31,374 nt of DNA, taken from NCBI GenBank assembly GCA_964649455.1, contig CAZYRQ010000001.1, positions 1 to 31,374 of the forward strand, written 5' to 3'. Shown here piece after piece: positions 5,824 through 14,400 of the stretch. The first letter of the stretch is position 1, and each line of letters opens with the position of its first letter. Made by a program: the position numbers and the translations under genes. Below the pieces are notes generated by a model that was not told the origin of the DNA, searched no databases, and saw nothing but the letters and a program-made list of their open reading frames with translations. The DNA is from an uncultured Lentisphaerales bacterium (GTDB lineage Bacteria; Verrucomicrobiota; Kiritimatiellia; RFP12; JAAYLN01).

Positions 5824-8523
5824 ATGAACCTATGCAAATCTCTGGTGGCGGGCCTTGGCGCCTGCGCCCTTCTCGTGTCCAGCGGGCGCGCCCAGTTCAT
5901 TCCGGGCGATCTCGAACAGATCCCGGCGTCCGCAGCGCCCGGGCCGGACGCCACCACGCCCTCGCACTTGCAGGTGCCCTACATCGCCACGGAGTATGTG
6001 AACCCGGTCGTCACGACGGGCGAGGCGGTACGGATCGGATTCTTTGTGACCGACTGGAACCACAGCCTCGTCCGGTACGGCGACAACTCCTTCCGCTTCG
6101 ATGTCGAAACGCGCTTCTCGGCGGACGGCACGAACTGGACTACCCGCACGGCCCGCGGACTGCCCTCCGGCGACCACGCGATCACCCTCGGCACGCTCCC
6201 CGCCGGCGACTACCAGCTCGCGGTACAATGCCGCGACGCCCAGGGGCGCGCCTCCCACGTAGTCTGGCACGAGTTCCTCGTCCGCGCGGCCGCCGACCTG
6301 GCGATTCCCGAACGGCAGATCCACCGCATGACGCCGGACGACCTGCGGACGTACGGCATCCGCAACGACGGCCCCGGCGGCACGCTGGTGCCCGTCGAGG
6401 TCGGCAGCCTCGAGGGGCTCAAGGAGCCGGAGCTGACGGCGCACATCGCCCGGCGTCTCGACGAGGCGCGGCAGACGACGCCCGTCCCGCCCCATGGCTA
6501 CCTGATCCTGGCCGCGGCGCAGGACGGCAAGGTCGTCCAGCGCGCCAGCCGCCGTTCGCGCGTGGTCGATGGCTCGGCCTACGACCGGGCGCGTGTCGAG
6601 GCCGACGCCGTGCGGACGGCCGAGGGGCTGCAGCGGTTGCTCGACGACGCCGCGGCGCGCGGCATGCGCAAGGTCGTGCTCCTGCCGGGGCTCTACCGCC
6701 TGAGCGCCTCGCGGCGCCTCTCGCTGCCCGACCGTTTCACGCTCGACCTCAACGGCGCCACGCTCAAGATGAACGCGTTCGCCGGCAGCGGCGGTGTCGT
6801 CGTCGAGATCCGCCACCGGACCGACTCGCACCTCGTCAACGGCACGGTCGAGGGCGACTACTACGAGCACGACTACGCCCACTCGCCCAACAACTCGGAA
6901 TGGGTGCTCGGCATCGAGCTGGTGGGCGACTGCCGCTACTGCAGCTTCGAGAACCTCACGGTGCGCAACATCACCGGCTACGGGGTCTCGAACGGCACGG
7001 CCGCGCACGACCACACCTTCCCCGGCGTGGTCGACTTCAACGGCAGCGGCGTGGCCTACGAGCCCGGCACCCTAGATCTGGCCACGGGCGCGGTCGATCC
7101 CGCAGTCGGCGGCATGTTCACCAGCGACTTCCGCGCCCTCGGGGCCCTGGCGACCAACCGCTTCCTCTCGGTCTCCAAGTATCTCGGCTACCAGGGGATC
7201 CGTACGAAGTCGTGGATCTTCCGCGCCGCCTTCTACGACAAGGATCGCGCCTTCCTCTCGGGCGAGCAGGCCTTCCAGTACCGCGTGATCCGCATCCCGG
7301 CGGGGGCGGCCTTCCTGCGCATCTCGGTGGCGGAGGAGAGCGCCGAGAAGGCGCAGCGCGCGGAGTTGTCGGCCCAGCGCTTCAAGCTGCCCTGGAACTG
7401 CACCTACCGGAACCTCGTGATCGAGCGCTGCCGCGCCGTCGGCATGGCCCCCTCGGCGATGCGCAACATGCTGATCGAGGGCTGCGACTTCTCCTACAGC
7501 GGCGAGACGCTGGCCACCTGCGCCTTCGACGCCGAGGACGGCTGGGACATGATGCAGGACGTCACCATCCGCAACAACGTCTTCCACGACAATCCCAACA
7601 ACGAGCTGCTGACCTGCGCCGGCCACAACTTCATCATCGAGGGCAACCGCGGCCAGATCTTCCTCTGGGACCGCACCAACAGCCCGCAGGTCCGCAGCAA
7701 CGCCTTCACGCGGGCCGGCTTCCGCTGCGGCAACCGCAACCGCACGATGCACGGCCGCTACCAGGACAACACCTACCGCGACAGCCTGCACCTCGGCTCC
7801 GAGGGCCCGTCCGGATGGGACATCGTGATCAGCGGCCCAGTCGCCTCCTCGCGGCCGGGGGGCACGCTCGACATCGGCTGCGGGGAGACGGGGCGCTTCC
7901 GCGACGTGCCGTTCGGGCCGATCACGAGCCGCGGCGGCAACTTCGAGCGCTGCACCTTCGACCGCGCGCACTTCGTGCTAACGTTCCGGAACCAGGCCTT
8001 CTCCGCCTGCCGCTTCACGGCCAGCCAGCTCCAGCACCTCAACCAGACCAACCGCTTCGACCGGTGCGTCCTCGCGGACTCCTCGATCCTCGGCATGAGC
8101 GGGGGCCACACGACCTTCCGGGGCTGCGCGATCACGAACGTCACGCTCGACGCCACCTACTGGGCCAAGCCCAACACGATCCGGGTCGAGCAGAGCACGA
8201 TACGCAATGCCGACAAACCCTTCATCTATTTCCCGGTCTACTCGATCGGCACGCTCCTGCTGCAGAAGTCGCGGTTCGAGACGGGCGCGGCACCGGTCAT
8301 CCAGATTTACGACATCCGGCCGCAGCCGACCGACGCCCAGCCCGCCACGCTCGCGGTCGAGAACTGCACCGTGGCCGGAACGGCCCCGGCCGTGATCGCG
8401 GTCACCGCCCGCGAGCGGGAGGTCCGCAAGGCGGTGACGCTGCGGGGCGCGAACAACACCCTGCCCGAGGGCATGACGCTGATCCGGCCCGGCGACCTGC
8501 GCGCAACCTGGCGTCTCGAGTAG
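5824..8523 (+). CDS. Secreted right-handed parallel beta-helix (pectin-lyase-fold) protein with an N-terminal Ig/FN3-like module
   Basis: 899 aa. Signal-peptide-like N-terminus MNLCKSLVAGLGACALLVSSGRA. RKVVLLPGLYRL and FTLDLNGATLKM are typical beta-helix entry motifs. Repeated (I/V/L)xNxx(I/F) strands such as FENLTVRNI, YRNLVIERC, IEGCDF and IRNNVFHDN. Confidence 0.75.
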   Translation: MNLCKSLVAGLGACALLVSSGRAQFIPGDLEQIPASAAPGPDATTPSHLQVPYIATEYVNPVVTTGEAVRIGFFVTDWNHSLVRYGDNSFRFDVETRFSADGTNWTTRTARGLPSGDHAITLGTLPAGDYQLAVQCRDAQGRASHVVWHEFLVRAAADLAIPERQIHRMTPDDLRTYGIRNDGPGGTLVPVEVGSLEGLKEPELTAHIARRLDEARQTTPVPPHGYLILAAAQDGKVVQRASRRSRVVDGSAYDRARVEADAVRTAEGLQRLLDDAAARGMRKVVLLPGLYRLSASRRLSLPDRFTLDLNGATLKMNAFAGSGGVVVEIRHRTDSHLVNGTVEGDYYEHDYAHSPNNSEWVLGIELVGDCRYCSFENLTVRNITGYGVSNGTAAHDHTFPGVVDFNGSGVAYEPGTLDLATGAVDPAVGGMFTSDFRALGALATNRFLSVSKYLGYQGIRTKSWIFRAAFYDKDRAFLSGEQAFQYRVIRIPAGAAFLRISVAEESAEKAQRAELSAQRFKLPWNCTYRNLVIERCRAVGMAPSAMRNMLIEGCDFSYSGETLATCAFDAEDGWDMMQDVTIRNNVFHDNPNNELLTCAGHNFIIEGNRGQIFLWDRTNSPQVRSNAFTRAGFRCGNRNRTMHGRYQDNTYRDSLHLGSEGPSGWDIVISGPVASSRPGGTLDIGCGETGRFRDVPFGPITSRGGNFERCTFDRAHFVLTFRNQAFSACRFTASQLQHLNQTNRFDRCVLADSSILGMSGGHTTFRGCAITNVTLDATYWAKPNTIRVEQSTIRNADKPFIYFPVYSIGTLLLQKSRFETGAAPVIQIYDIRPQPTDAQPATLAVENCTVAGTAPAVIAVTAREREVRKAVTLRGANNTLPEGMTLIRPGDLRATWRLE

Positions 8524-8635
8524 CCGCAGCTACTCCGCAGACACGGGTAATGGTTCCGTCTCCGGGGATGTGAGGATCAGACAGCGCTTGGAGTGGGGGC
8601 GAAGCAGGTAATTCGGGCGGCATAAGGCGAGAGAC

Positions 8636-8776
8636 GGGGCTGAAGCCCCTAAACAACTTCCGCCTGAAGGCGGGACTCCGACACGCGGGTTTGCCGACAC
8701 CGTCCTCCCCGTCGGAGTACCGGCTTTAGCCGGAAGCCTGCAAGGGCCTTCAGGCCCGGGCACTCGGGAACAAGGC
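8636..8776. repeat. Cluster of four 5-bp-stem hairpins with TGAA/TAAA-type loops, including a GGAG-headed REP doublet (inverted homolog at 22954-23072)
   Basis: Hairpins at 8636-8649, 8660-8673, 8720-8733 and 8744-8757. Doublet arms at 8658-8682 and 8711-8735. Confidence 0.8.
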
Positions 8777-8876
8777 GTTGTGCCGCGTGACGCGTCTGCC
8801 TGCAACGGTCGCCCGCCACCCACGCGCCCCGTGCACACGCCGGCGAATGACCGAGCACCCCGCGGACACTTTCCGC

Positions 8877-8905
8877 TTGCACCGCGCGGGAGCGGTCTCT
8901 ACGAT
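8877..8905 (+). promoter_or_regulatory. Putative sigma70 promoter of the SGNH gene
   Basis: TTGCAC-17 nt-TACGAT, ending 35 nt upstream of the ATG. Confidence 0.5.
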
Positions 8906-8940
8906 CCGTGCCGTTCACCCTTCACTCACGGAGCAGCAAC

Positions 8941-9582
8941 ATGACAGGCACAACGACCCGTATCCTCTTCCAGGGCGACTCGATCACCGATGCCGGGCGC
9001 TCGCGCGACGCCAACCTGGCGCCCAATACCGGACTCGGCGGCGGCTATCCCGGCCTGATCGCCGCGACGCTGCTGAACCGGCATCCGGCGCGCGGCTACC
9101 AGATCCTCAACCGCGGCATCGGCGGCAACCGTGTGGTCGACCTCTATGCGCGCTGGAAGGCCGACGCCCTCAACCTAACCCCCGACCTGATCAGCATCCT
9201 GATCGGCGTCAACGACACATGGCATGAATTCGGCAGCCGTAACGGGGTCGAAGTCGACCGCTACCGCACCCTCTACCGGATGCTGCTGGAGTGGACGCGC
9301 CAGGTCCTCCCCGCCACGCGGCTGGTCATCTGCGAGCCCTTTGTCCTGCCCGTCGGGGCCGTCAACCGCGACTGGCTTCCCGAGATCGCGGCGCGGCGCG
9401 AGATCTGCGCCGAACTCGCCCAGGCGTTCGACGCGCCCCTGGTCTCCTTCCAGAAGCTGTTCGACGAGGCCGTGAAGGAGGCCCCCGAAACCTACTGGCT
9501 CTCCGATGGCGTGCATCCGACGCTGGCCGGCCACATGCGCATGGCGGACTACTGGCTGCGGTCGGTGCCGGGACTGGCCTGA
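8941..9582 (+). CDS. SGNH/GDSL-family hydrolase (esterase/deacetylase)
   Basis: Blocks FQGDSITD, RGIGGN, LIGVND and DGVHP. GGAG RBS upstream of the ATG at 8941. Confidence 0.93.
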   Translation: MTGTTTRILFQGDSITDAGRSRDANLAPNTGLGGGYPGLIAATLLNRHPARGYQILNRGIGGNRVVDLYARWKADALNLTPDLISILIGVNDTWHEFGSRNGVEVDRYRTLYRMLLEWTRQVLPATRLVICEPFVLPVGAVNRDWLPEIAARREICAELAQAFDAPLVSFQKLFDEAVKEAPETYWLSDGVHPTLAGHMRMADYWLRSVPGLA

Positions 9583-9588
9583 TCCCGT

Positions 9589-11604
9589 CTAGCCGGCGCT
9601 GCCGCGGAAGTCGAGATGCGGCGGCAGGGGAGAGGCCTGCCGCGCCCGCGCCCGCAGGGCGTCGTCGACCGGCGCGCCGGTCTGGGCGGCGAGTCGACGC
9701 GCCGCGATCTCGAACCAGGTGTCTGAGAGCAGCGTCTCGCCCTCGCGGAGGTCGCTGACTTCGATGGGGCCGCGCAGAATGGCCTCGGCCTCGTCCAGTC
9801 GGTCCAGGGCGAGCGCGGCGCGCGCCACCAGCAGCCGGATGCGTCCGTGCTGCCGCACCGGCGCCGCGAGGCGCCCCACCCGTTCCATCCACCCATCTGC
9901 CCGGCCGGCCTCCAGCAGGGTGGCGCCCCACTCGACGCCGAGCGGCAGCAGGCCGGGAACGAGCCCGCACGCCTCGTCCATGAGCGCGACGGCCTCGTCG
10001 AACCGCTTCTCCTGGCGGGCGACGACCGCTAGGTTGCGCAGCGCCCAGACCGTGCGGGCGTGGGCCAGCGAGCGGGTCCAGGCCGCGACGGCACCCGCGC
10101 GGTCGCCGTCGGCATACCGCATAACGCCCGCGTGGAGCCAGCCCAGCCAGTTGTCGGCGCCGCCCGCGGCCAGTGCGGCCTCCAGCAACACCCGCCACTC
10201 CTGCTGCACCATCCAGGCGCCGGGCGCCGCTCCAGGCGGCGGCGCGGGGAAGGTTCCCTGCTCCAGCAACTGCAGCCACGGAGCCTGTTCGGGCCCCAGG
10301 GGATCGCCGGCAAAGGCGTCCGCGAGCATGCCGGGAACCGCTGCGGACCGCCGGCGCCGCCGCACCTCGAGTCCGCCCCACCCCGCGCCGGTCTGCAGCC
10401 GGGCCTCCGCCGGCAATCCGGCCAGGGCGTCGCCCGTGGCCGCGTGGCGGGCCATGGCCGTGACGGACAGTGCCGCGTTGAGCTGGCGGTCCACCCGTTT
10501 CCAGGCCGCCGCCCACTCCACGCCGTGGACTTCCTCAGGCGGCACCGCCATCAGCCCGTAGGCCTCCGTCCAGTTCCAGACGGCCTGGGGCGGCATCGGC
10601 ACGCATTCGACTTGCGTCCGGGCGAGTCCCGCCTGGATCTCGGCATAGGCCTGGCCGGGCCCCGCGAGGAACGCCTGCCAGCGGCGCCCGCCCGCCGACA
10701 TGCCCCAGACGAAGAGCTTGCGGCCCCGCAGGCGCCGGGTCGAGGTCTGCACCAGTCCGCAGCCCCCGGCGTCCAGCGCGGCGATCCAGGGGCGCTGTCC
10801 CTCCGCGAGGTCGAAGAAGAAGTCGGCGGCGCGGTCGATCCGCGCCGGGTAGCTGATGTCCATGCCGTTCCACTGCGGCAGCGGGATGCGATCCATGGCG
10901 CTGGCGTAGTCGAACCGGAAGGCGTGGCTGGCCGGCGCGAGCACGCGGCCGCCGGGCGTCTCGGGCACCGCGATGTTCGACCACCAGTACATCGGCACCT
11001 CGTGGTCGTTCGGATTGCGGATCGCGACGCGCACGAAGAGGAAGGGCGACTGGTCGGGGAGCCAGATGTCCAGTTGGAACGGCGTCTGGCGGATGCGCTC
11101 CCATTCGCGCAGGCGCAGCACCGGCAGGCCGCCGGGCGCGGTCAGGCGCTCGGCGTGCAGGGGCGCGCAGGTGAAGGGCGAGTGGCCGATCACGCCGATG
11201 TTCCACTCGACGCCGCCGCTGAACCAGGCGTTGCGGATGGCCAGGTTGGCGGGCTGGAAGACGGGGTTGGCGGCCAGCAGCTCGCGGCCGTCCGGAAGGT
11301 GTACAAGGGAGGCCAGGCGTCCGCCGTACTCGAGCAGGAAGGTGGCGCGCAGGCACTCGTTCTGCAGCACCGCCACGCGCAGCGCCCGGGGCCGGCGGTC
11401 GCGGTTGTAGCCGTCCTGCAGGCGGTAGGGCAGGCATCCGGGGTGGCGTCCGTAGCCCACCTGGCGGCGGATTTCCTCGGGCACGCCGCTGCCGAACCGG
11501 ATCTGCGCATGCGCATCGCCCGGCGGAGCCAGCGGCGCCAGGGGGTTCTCCACGCCCAGATCGGCCGCTGGCAACGTCAGCGTGGTCAGCTTAAGCTCCG
11601 CCAT
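9589..11604 (-). CDS. DUF5107 domain protein with C-terminal TPR-like repeats
   Basis: 671 aa. LQNECLRATFLLEYGGRL, NPVFQPANLAIRNAWFSGGVEWN and YWWSNIAV motifs, with an Ala/Leu/Arg-rich helical C-terminus. AAGGGGG RBS. Confidence 0.8.
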   Translation of the reverse strand: MAELKLTTLTLPAADLGVENPLAPLAPPGDAHAQIRFGSGVPEEIRRQVGYGRHPGCLPYRLQDGYNRDRRPRALRVAVLQNECLRATFLLEYGGRLASLVHLPDGRELLAANPVFQPANLAIRNAWFSGGVEWNIGVIGHSPFTCAPLHAERLTAPGGLPVLRLREWERIRQTPFQLDIWLPDQSPFLFVRVAIRNPNDHEVPMYWWSNIAVPETPGGRVLAPASHAFRFDYASAMDRIPLPQWNGMDISYPARIDRAADFFFDLAEGQRPWIAALDAGGCGLVQTSTRRLRGRKLFVWGMSAGGRRWQAFLAGPGQAYAEIQAGLARTQVECVPMPPQAVWNWTEAYGLMAVPPEEVHGVEWAAAWKRVDRQLNAALSVTAMARHAATGDALAGLPAEARLQTGAGWGGLEVRRRRRSAAVPGMLADAFAGDPLGPEQAPWLQLLEQGTFPAPPPGAAPGAWMVQQEWRVLLEAALAAGGADNWLGWLHAGVMRYADGDRAGAVAAWTRSLAHARTVWALRNLAVVARQEKRFDEAVALMDEACGLVPGLLPLGVEWGATLLEAGRADGWMERVGRLAAPVRQHGRIRLLVARAALALDRLDEAEAILRGPIEVSDLREGETLLSDTWFEIAARRLAAQTGAPVDDALRARARQASPLPPHLDFRGSAG

Positions 11605-11626
11605 GGATCCCCCTTACCTTGTGTCA

Positions 11627-13591
11627 TCAGTTGTCGGCGCGGTCGAACTCGAGCAACTGGCACGTATGCGGCGCCAGCCGGGCGGCGACGCGGTTGTCCG
11701 CGATCCGCACGGTGGCATCGGTCCAGAAGTCGCGCGCCTTCACGGCGTGGATGCCGTGCGGCGCGAGGTCGAGGCGCAGCTCGGCCGGCGCCTCGCCCCA
11801 GTTGATCAACAGCGTGCGGAAGCCCGTGGGCGTCGGCTGCAGCCAGTAAGAGGGGCGCTCGGTCGAGAAGAGGTCGATCGGCAGCGGCGCGCCGCCGCGC
11901 GGCGCCGCCACGGTGCGCCGAAGCAGATCGAGACCGCGCGCGTTGAGCGTCGTGAGCTTGTCGGAGAGGTTGACGGCGCCGCCGTTGATCGTCACCAGGC
12001 TCAGCAGCACCTGCGCCTCGTGATAGCGGATGGTGTCGAAGCCCTCGCTCCACCGGCGTCCCGACTCGTGGGCGTTGCGCGTCTCGTCGGCGGTGACGAC
12101 GACGTAGAGGCAGCGCAGGCGCCCGCGGTCGGGATCCTTCGAGGTGTCCGGACCGCGGCAGACGGCGAAGTCGGGATCGGTGACCCAGACGCGGTTCGAG
12201 GCCCAGAAGCGGGCCGCCAGCGAGACGGCGTTGGTGCACGTCTCGTGCCATGTGGCGTGGATGTCGGAGCCGGCGCGGACGATCTGCACGAGGTCGTTGC
12301 CGCCGTCGTAGACGTAGCCGCAGCCCATCAGCGTGGCGCGCCCCTTGATGGCCGCGTGGATCGGGGTGATGATCTCGCGCATCATCTGGCCGCGGGGCAC
12401 GTTGCGGTGGAAGCGGCGCGCCTTGAGGGTTTGCGCCAGGAAGTCGAGCTTGAAGTAGCGGTAGCCCATGTCGGCGTAGCGGCTGAAGAGGTCGTGGAGC
12501 CAGCGTTTCGAGTCGTCGCGCGTGGGGTCGATGATGAAGCCGTAGCGGCGCATGCACTCGAAGCAGAGGCAGGGGTCGCCGCCCTCGCTCTGCGCCAGCA
12601 TCTCGGTATGCCACTGGGCGATGCGGCTGTGGGGCTCGGCCGCGGTCGGGCAGATCCAGAGGCCGGGATCGAAGCGCATCTTGCGCAGCCGTCGCGCGAG
12701 CGCGGCCATGCCGCTCGGGAAGAACGCGTTGGGTTCCCATTCGCCATAGCAGTATTGCCAGCCGTCGTCGACGATGATGCGCTTGACGTGGCGGCTCAGC
12801 ACGGGATCGGCGGCGATGAACTCGGCGTTGGCCAGCACCTCGTCTTCGGTGATCGTCCAGCGGTAGTAGTCCCAACTGTTCCAGCCCACGGGCTGCGGCT
12901 CGGCGGGCGGCGGCACGCGGACCTGGGCGTCGCCCCAGGCGGTCATGGCGCCGAAACCGTCGGTCACCGTGGCCAGGGTGAGCGGTTCGGCCGTCAGGCG
13001 CCGGGCCGCCGGGAACTCGAAGCGTGTCGCGGCCTGCAGGTCGGCCACCGTCCGCCCGTCGATCTCGCCCCGGACGCATGAGGAGTATTTCTGCTGCAGG
13101 CGGTGGGAGAGGTGGAGCTTGGCCGCGGCGCAGGAGACCACGCACTGAAAGTGGCTGCTGAAAGTCTTTTCCCCCCCTGTGCGCGGCAGCGGCCAGAGAC
13201 GGCAGCCGCCCATCGAGCGGCCATGGCTGAGGAGGTGGGTGGCCCCGGTCAGCGTTACACCGGCCAGCGGCGCGATCTCGACCCAGCGGTGGCGGGCGCG
13301 GGCGTCCAGCGCCAGCGAGAAGGTCAGCGCGGCGTCGCGACCGACCCGCGCCGAGCGGATGTCAAGGGTCAGCGGTCCGAGCGGGGATTTCGCGGAGAGC
13401 GTCACGCGGTTCCGGCCCCGGGGGGTAAGCCTCAGCCCGCTGGCGAACACCTGGGGCTGCTGGTCGCTCGCCACGCCGATCCGGCAGCCGTCGAGGCGCA
13501 GGCCGGGCGTGTCGAGCGCGAAGGCGCGGCCGTCCTGCGACAGGGCGACGGTATAATCGTTCGGAAAGTTGAAGGATCGAATGGCGGCCAT
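11627..13591 (-). CDS. GH36/GH27-like (clan GH-D) alpha-galactosidase
   Basis: PVGWNSWDYY, IIVDDGWQ, YFKLDF (nucleophile Asp), RAGSDI (acid/base Asp) and WVTDPD. Start MAAIRSF chosen from the GGAGAGG RBS. No signal peptide. Confidence 0.85.
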   Translation of the reverse strand: MAAIRSFNFPNDYTVALSQDGRAFALDTPGLRLDGCRIGVASDQQPQVFASGLRLTPRGRNRVTLSAKSPLGPLTLDIRSARVGRDAALTFSLALDARARHRWVEIAPLAGVTLTGATHLLSHGRSMGGCRLWPLPRTGGEKTFSSHFQCVVSCAAAKLHLSHRLQQKYSSCVRGEIDGRTVADLQAATRFEFPAARRLTAEPLTLATVTDGFGAMTAWGDAQVRVPPPAEPQPVGWNSWDYYRWTITEDEVLANAEFIAADPVLSRHVKRIIVDDGWQYCYGEWEPNAFFPSGMAALARRLRKMRFDPGLWICPTAAEPHSRIAQWHTEMLAQSEGGDPCLCFECMRRYGFIIDPTRDDSKRWLHDLFSRYADMGYRYFKLDFLAQTLKARRFHRNVPRGQMMREIITPIHAAIKGRATLMGCGYVYDGGNDLVQIVRAGSDIHATWHETCTNAVSLAARFWASNRVWVTDPDFAVCRGPDTSKDPDRGRLRCLYVVVTADETRNAHESGRRWSEGFDTIRYHEAQVLLSLVTINGGAVNLSDKLTTLNARGLDLLRRTVAAPRGGAPLPIDLFSTERPSYWLQPTPTGFRTLLINWGEAPAELRLDLAPHGIHAVKARDFWTDATVRIADNRVAARLAPHTCQLLEFDRADN

Positions 13592-13701
13592 GGTGAAACC
13601 CTCTCCGGAGTTGAGAGTATTCAGCATACCGCCCGCGGCCAAAAGATCAAGAAGATACTCGAAGATACACGAAATAAGTTCGGGTTCCATTTCTGTTTAT
13701 C

Positions 13702-13730
13702 TGGACGCTCAGGATAAACCGAGCTATACT
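13702..13730 (+). promoter_or_regulatory. Putative sigma70 promoter of the thioredoxin-fold gene, overlapped by an inverted repeat
   Basis: TGGACG-17 nt-TATACT. GTTTATC (13695-13701) and GATAAAC (13713-13719) form an inverted repeat around the -35 box. Confidence 0.45.
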
Positions 13731-13808
13731 TCTGGCTATGAAAATCGGGGCTGGGCCGTTGCCTGGCCGCCGACGGGTCAACAAGGGTCATTCGTGAGGA
13801 TCAACATC

Positions 13809-14327
13809 ATGCGCAAGCAACTCATCGGTGCCGTGCTCATCGCCTCCGCCTCCCTGGCCCTCTGGGCCGCCGCGCCGGCCACCAAGGGCGCGAAGGTCGG
13901 CGAGTGGACCATGGACTTCGAGGCCGCCAAGACGCTCGCCAAGGAGAAGAATCTTCCGATTCTGATCAACTTCACCGGCAGCGACTGGTGCGGCTGGTGC
14001 CAGCTGATGGACAGGAACGTGTTCGCCAAGCCGGAATGGGAAACCTATGCCCGGAAAGACCTGGTGCTCGTCTTCATCGATTTTCCCCAGGACAAGGCGC
14101 TGGTCCCGATGCATTTCGTCGCCCGCAACGAGGCACTCAGCAAGCAGTTTGGAGTCCGCGGCTATCCAACCTACATTCTGCTGGCGTCGGATGGCGCCAC
14201 GCGCCTCGGCCAGCTCGGCGCATCGCGCAACGCCACCCCCGAGGCCTTCATCGCCGACATCCGTAAGCTGACCGAGAAGGCACCCGCAGACCAGGCCCCG
14301 GCGCCCGCGATCACCGCGCCCAAGTGA
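13809..14327 (+). CDS. Exported thioredoxin-fold protein (WCGWC)
   Basis: Signal peptide MRKQLIGAVLIASASLALWAA, INFTGSDWCGWC and VRGYPT cis-Pro loop. GAGGA RBS. Confidence 0.9.
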   Translation: MRKQLIGAVLIASASLALWAAAPATKGAKVGEWTMDFEAAKTLAKEKNLPILINFTGSDWCGWCQLMDRNVFAKPEWETYARKDLVLVFIDFPQDKALVPMHFVARNEALSKQFGVRGYPTYILLASDGATRLGQLGASRNATPEAFIADIRKLTEKAPADQAPAPAITAPK

Positions 14328-14357
14328 GTTGAACGGGCGGTCGCTTCGTGGTTGCGT

Positions 14358-14393
14358 CGCGGCGACAGGGGTCAGCGCGGCGACAGGGGTCAG
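14358..14393. repeat. Perfect 18-bp tandem duplication CGCGGCGACAGGGGTCAG x2
   Basis: Direct reading of 14358-14375 and 14376-14393. Confidence 0.9.
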
Positions 14394-14400
14394 GGATGCG

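Noticed and set aside
13569-13808. Longer N-termini for the thioredoxin (13569) and GH36 (13690) ORFs
   Set aside because: They would overlap each other across an AT-richer promoter region. The downstream ATGs have RBSs and, for the thioredoxin, a proper signal peptide.
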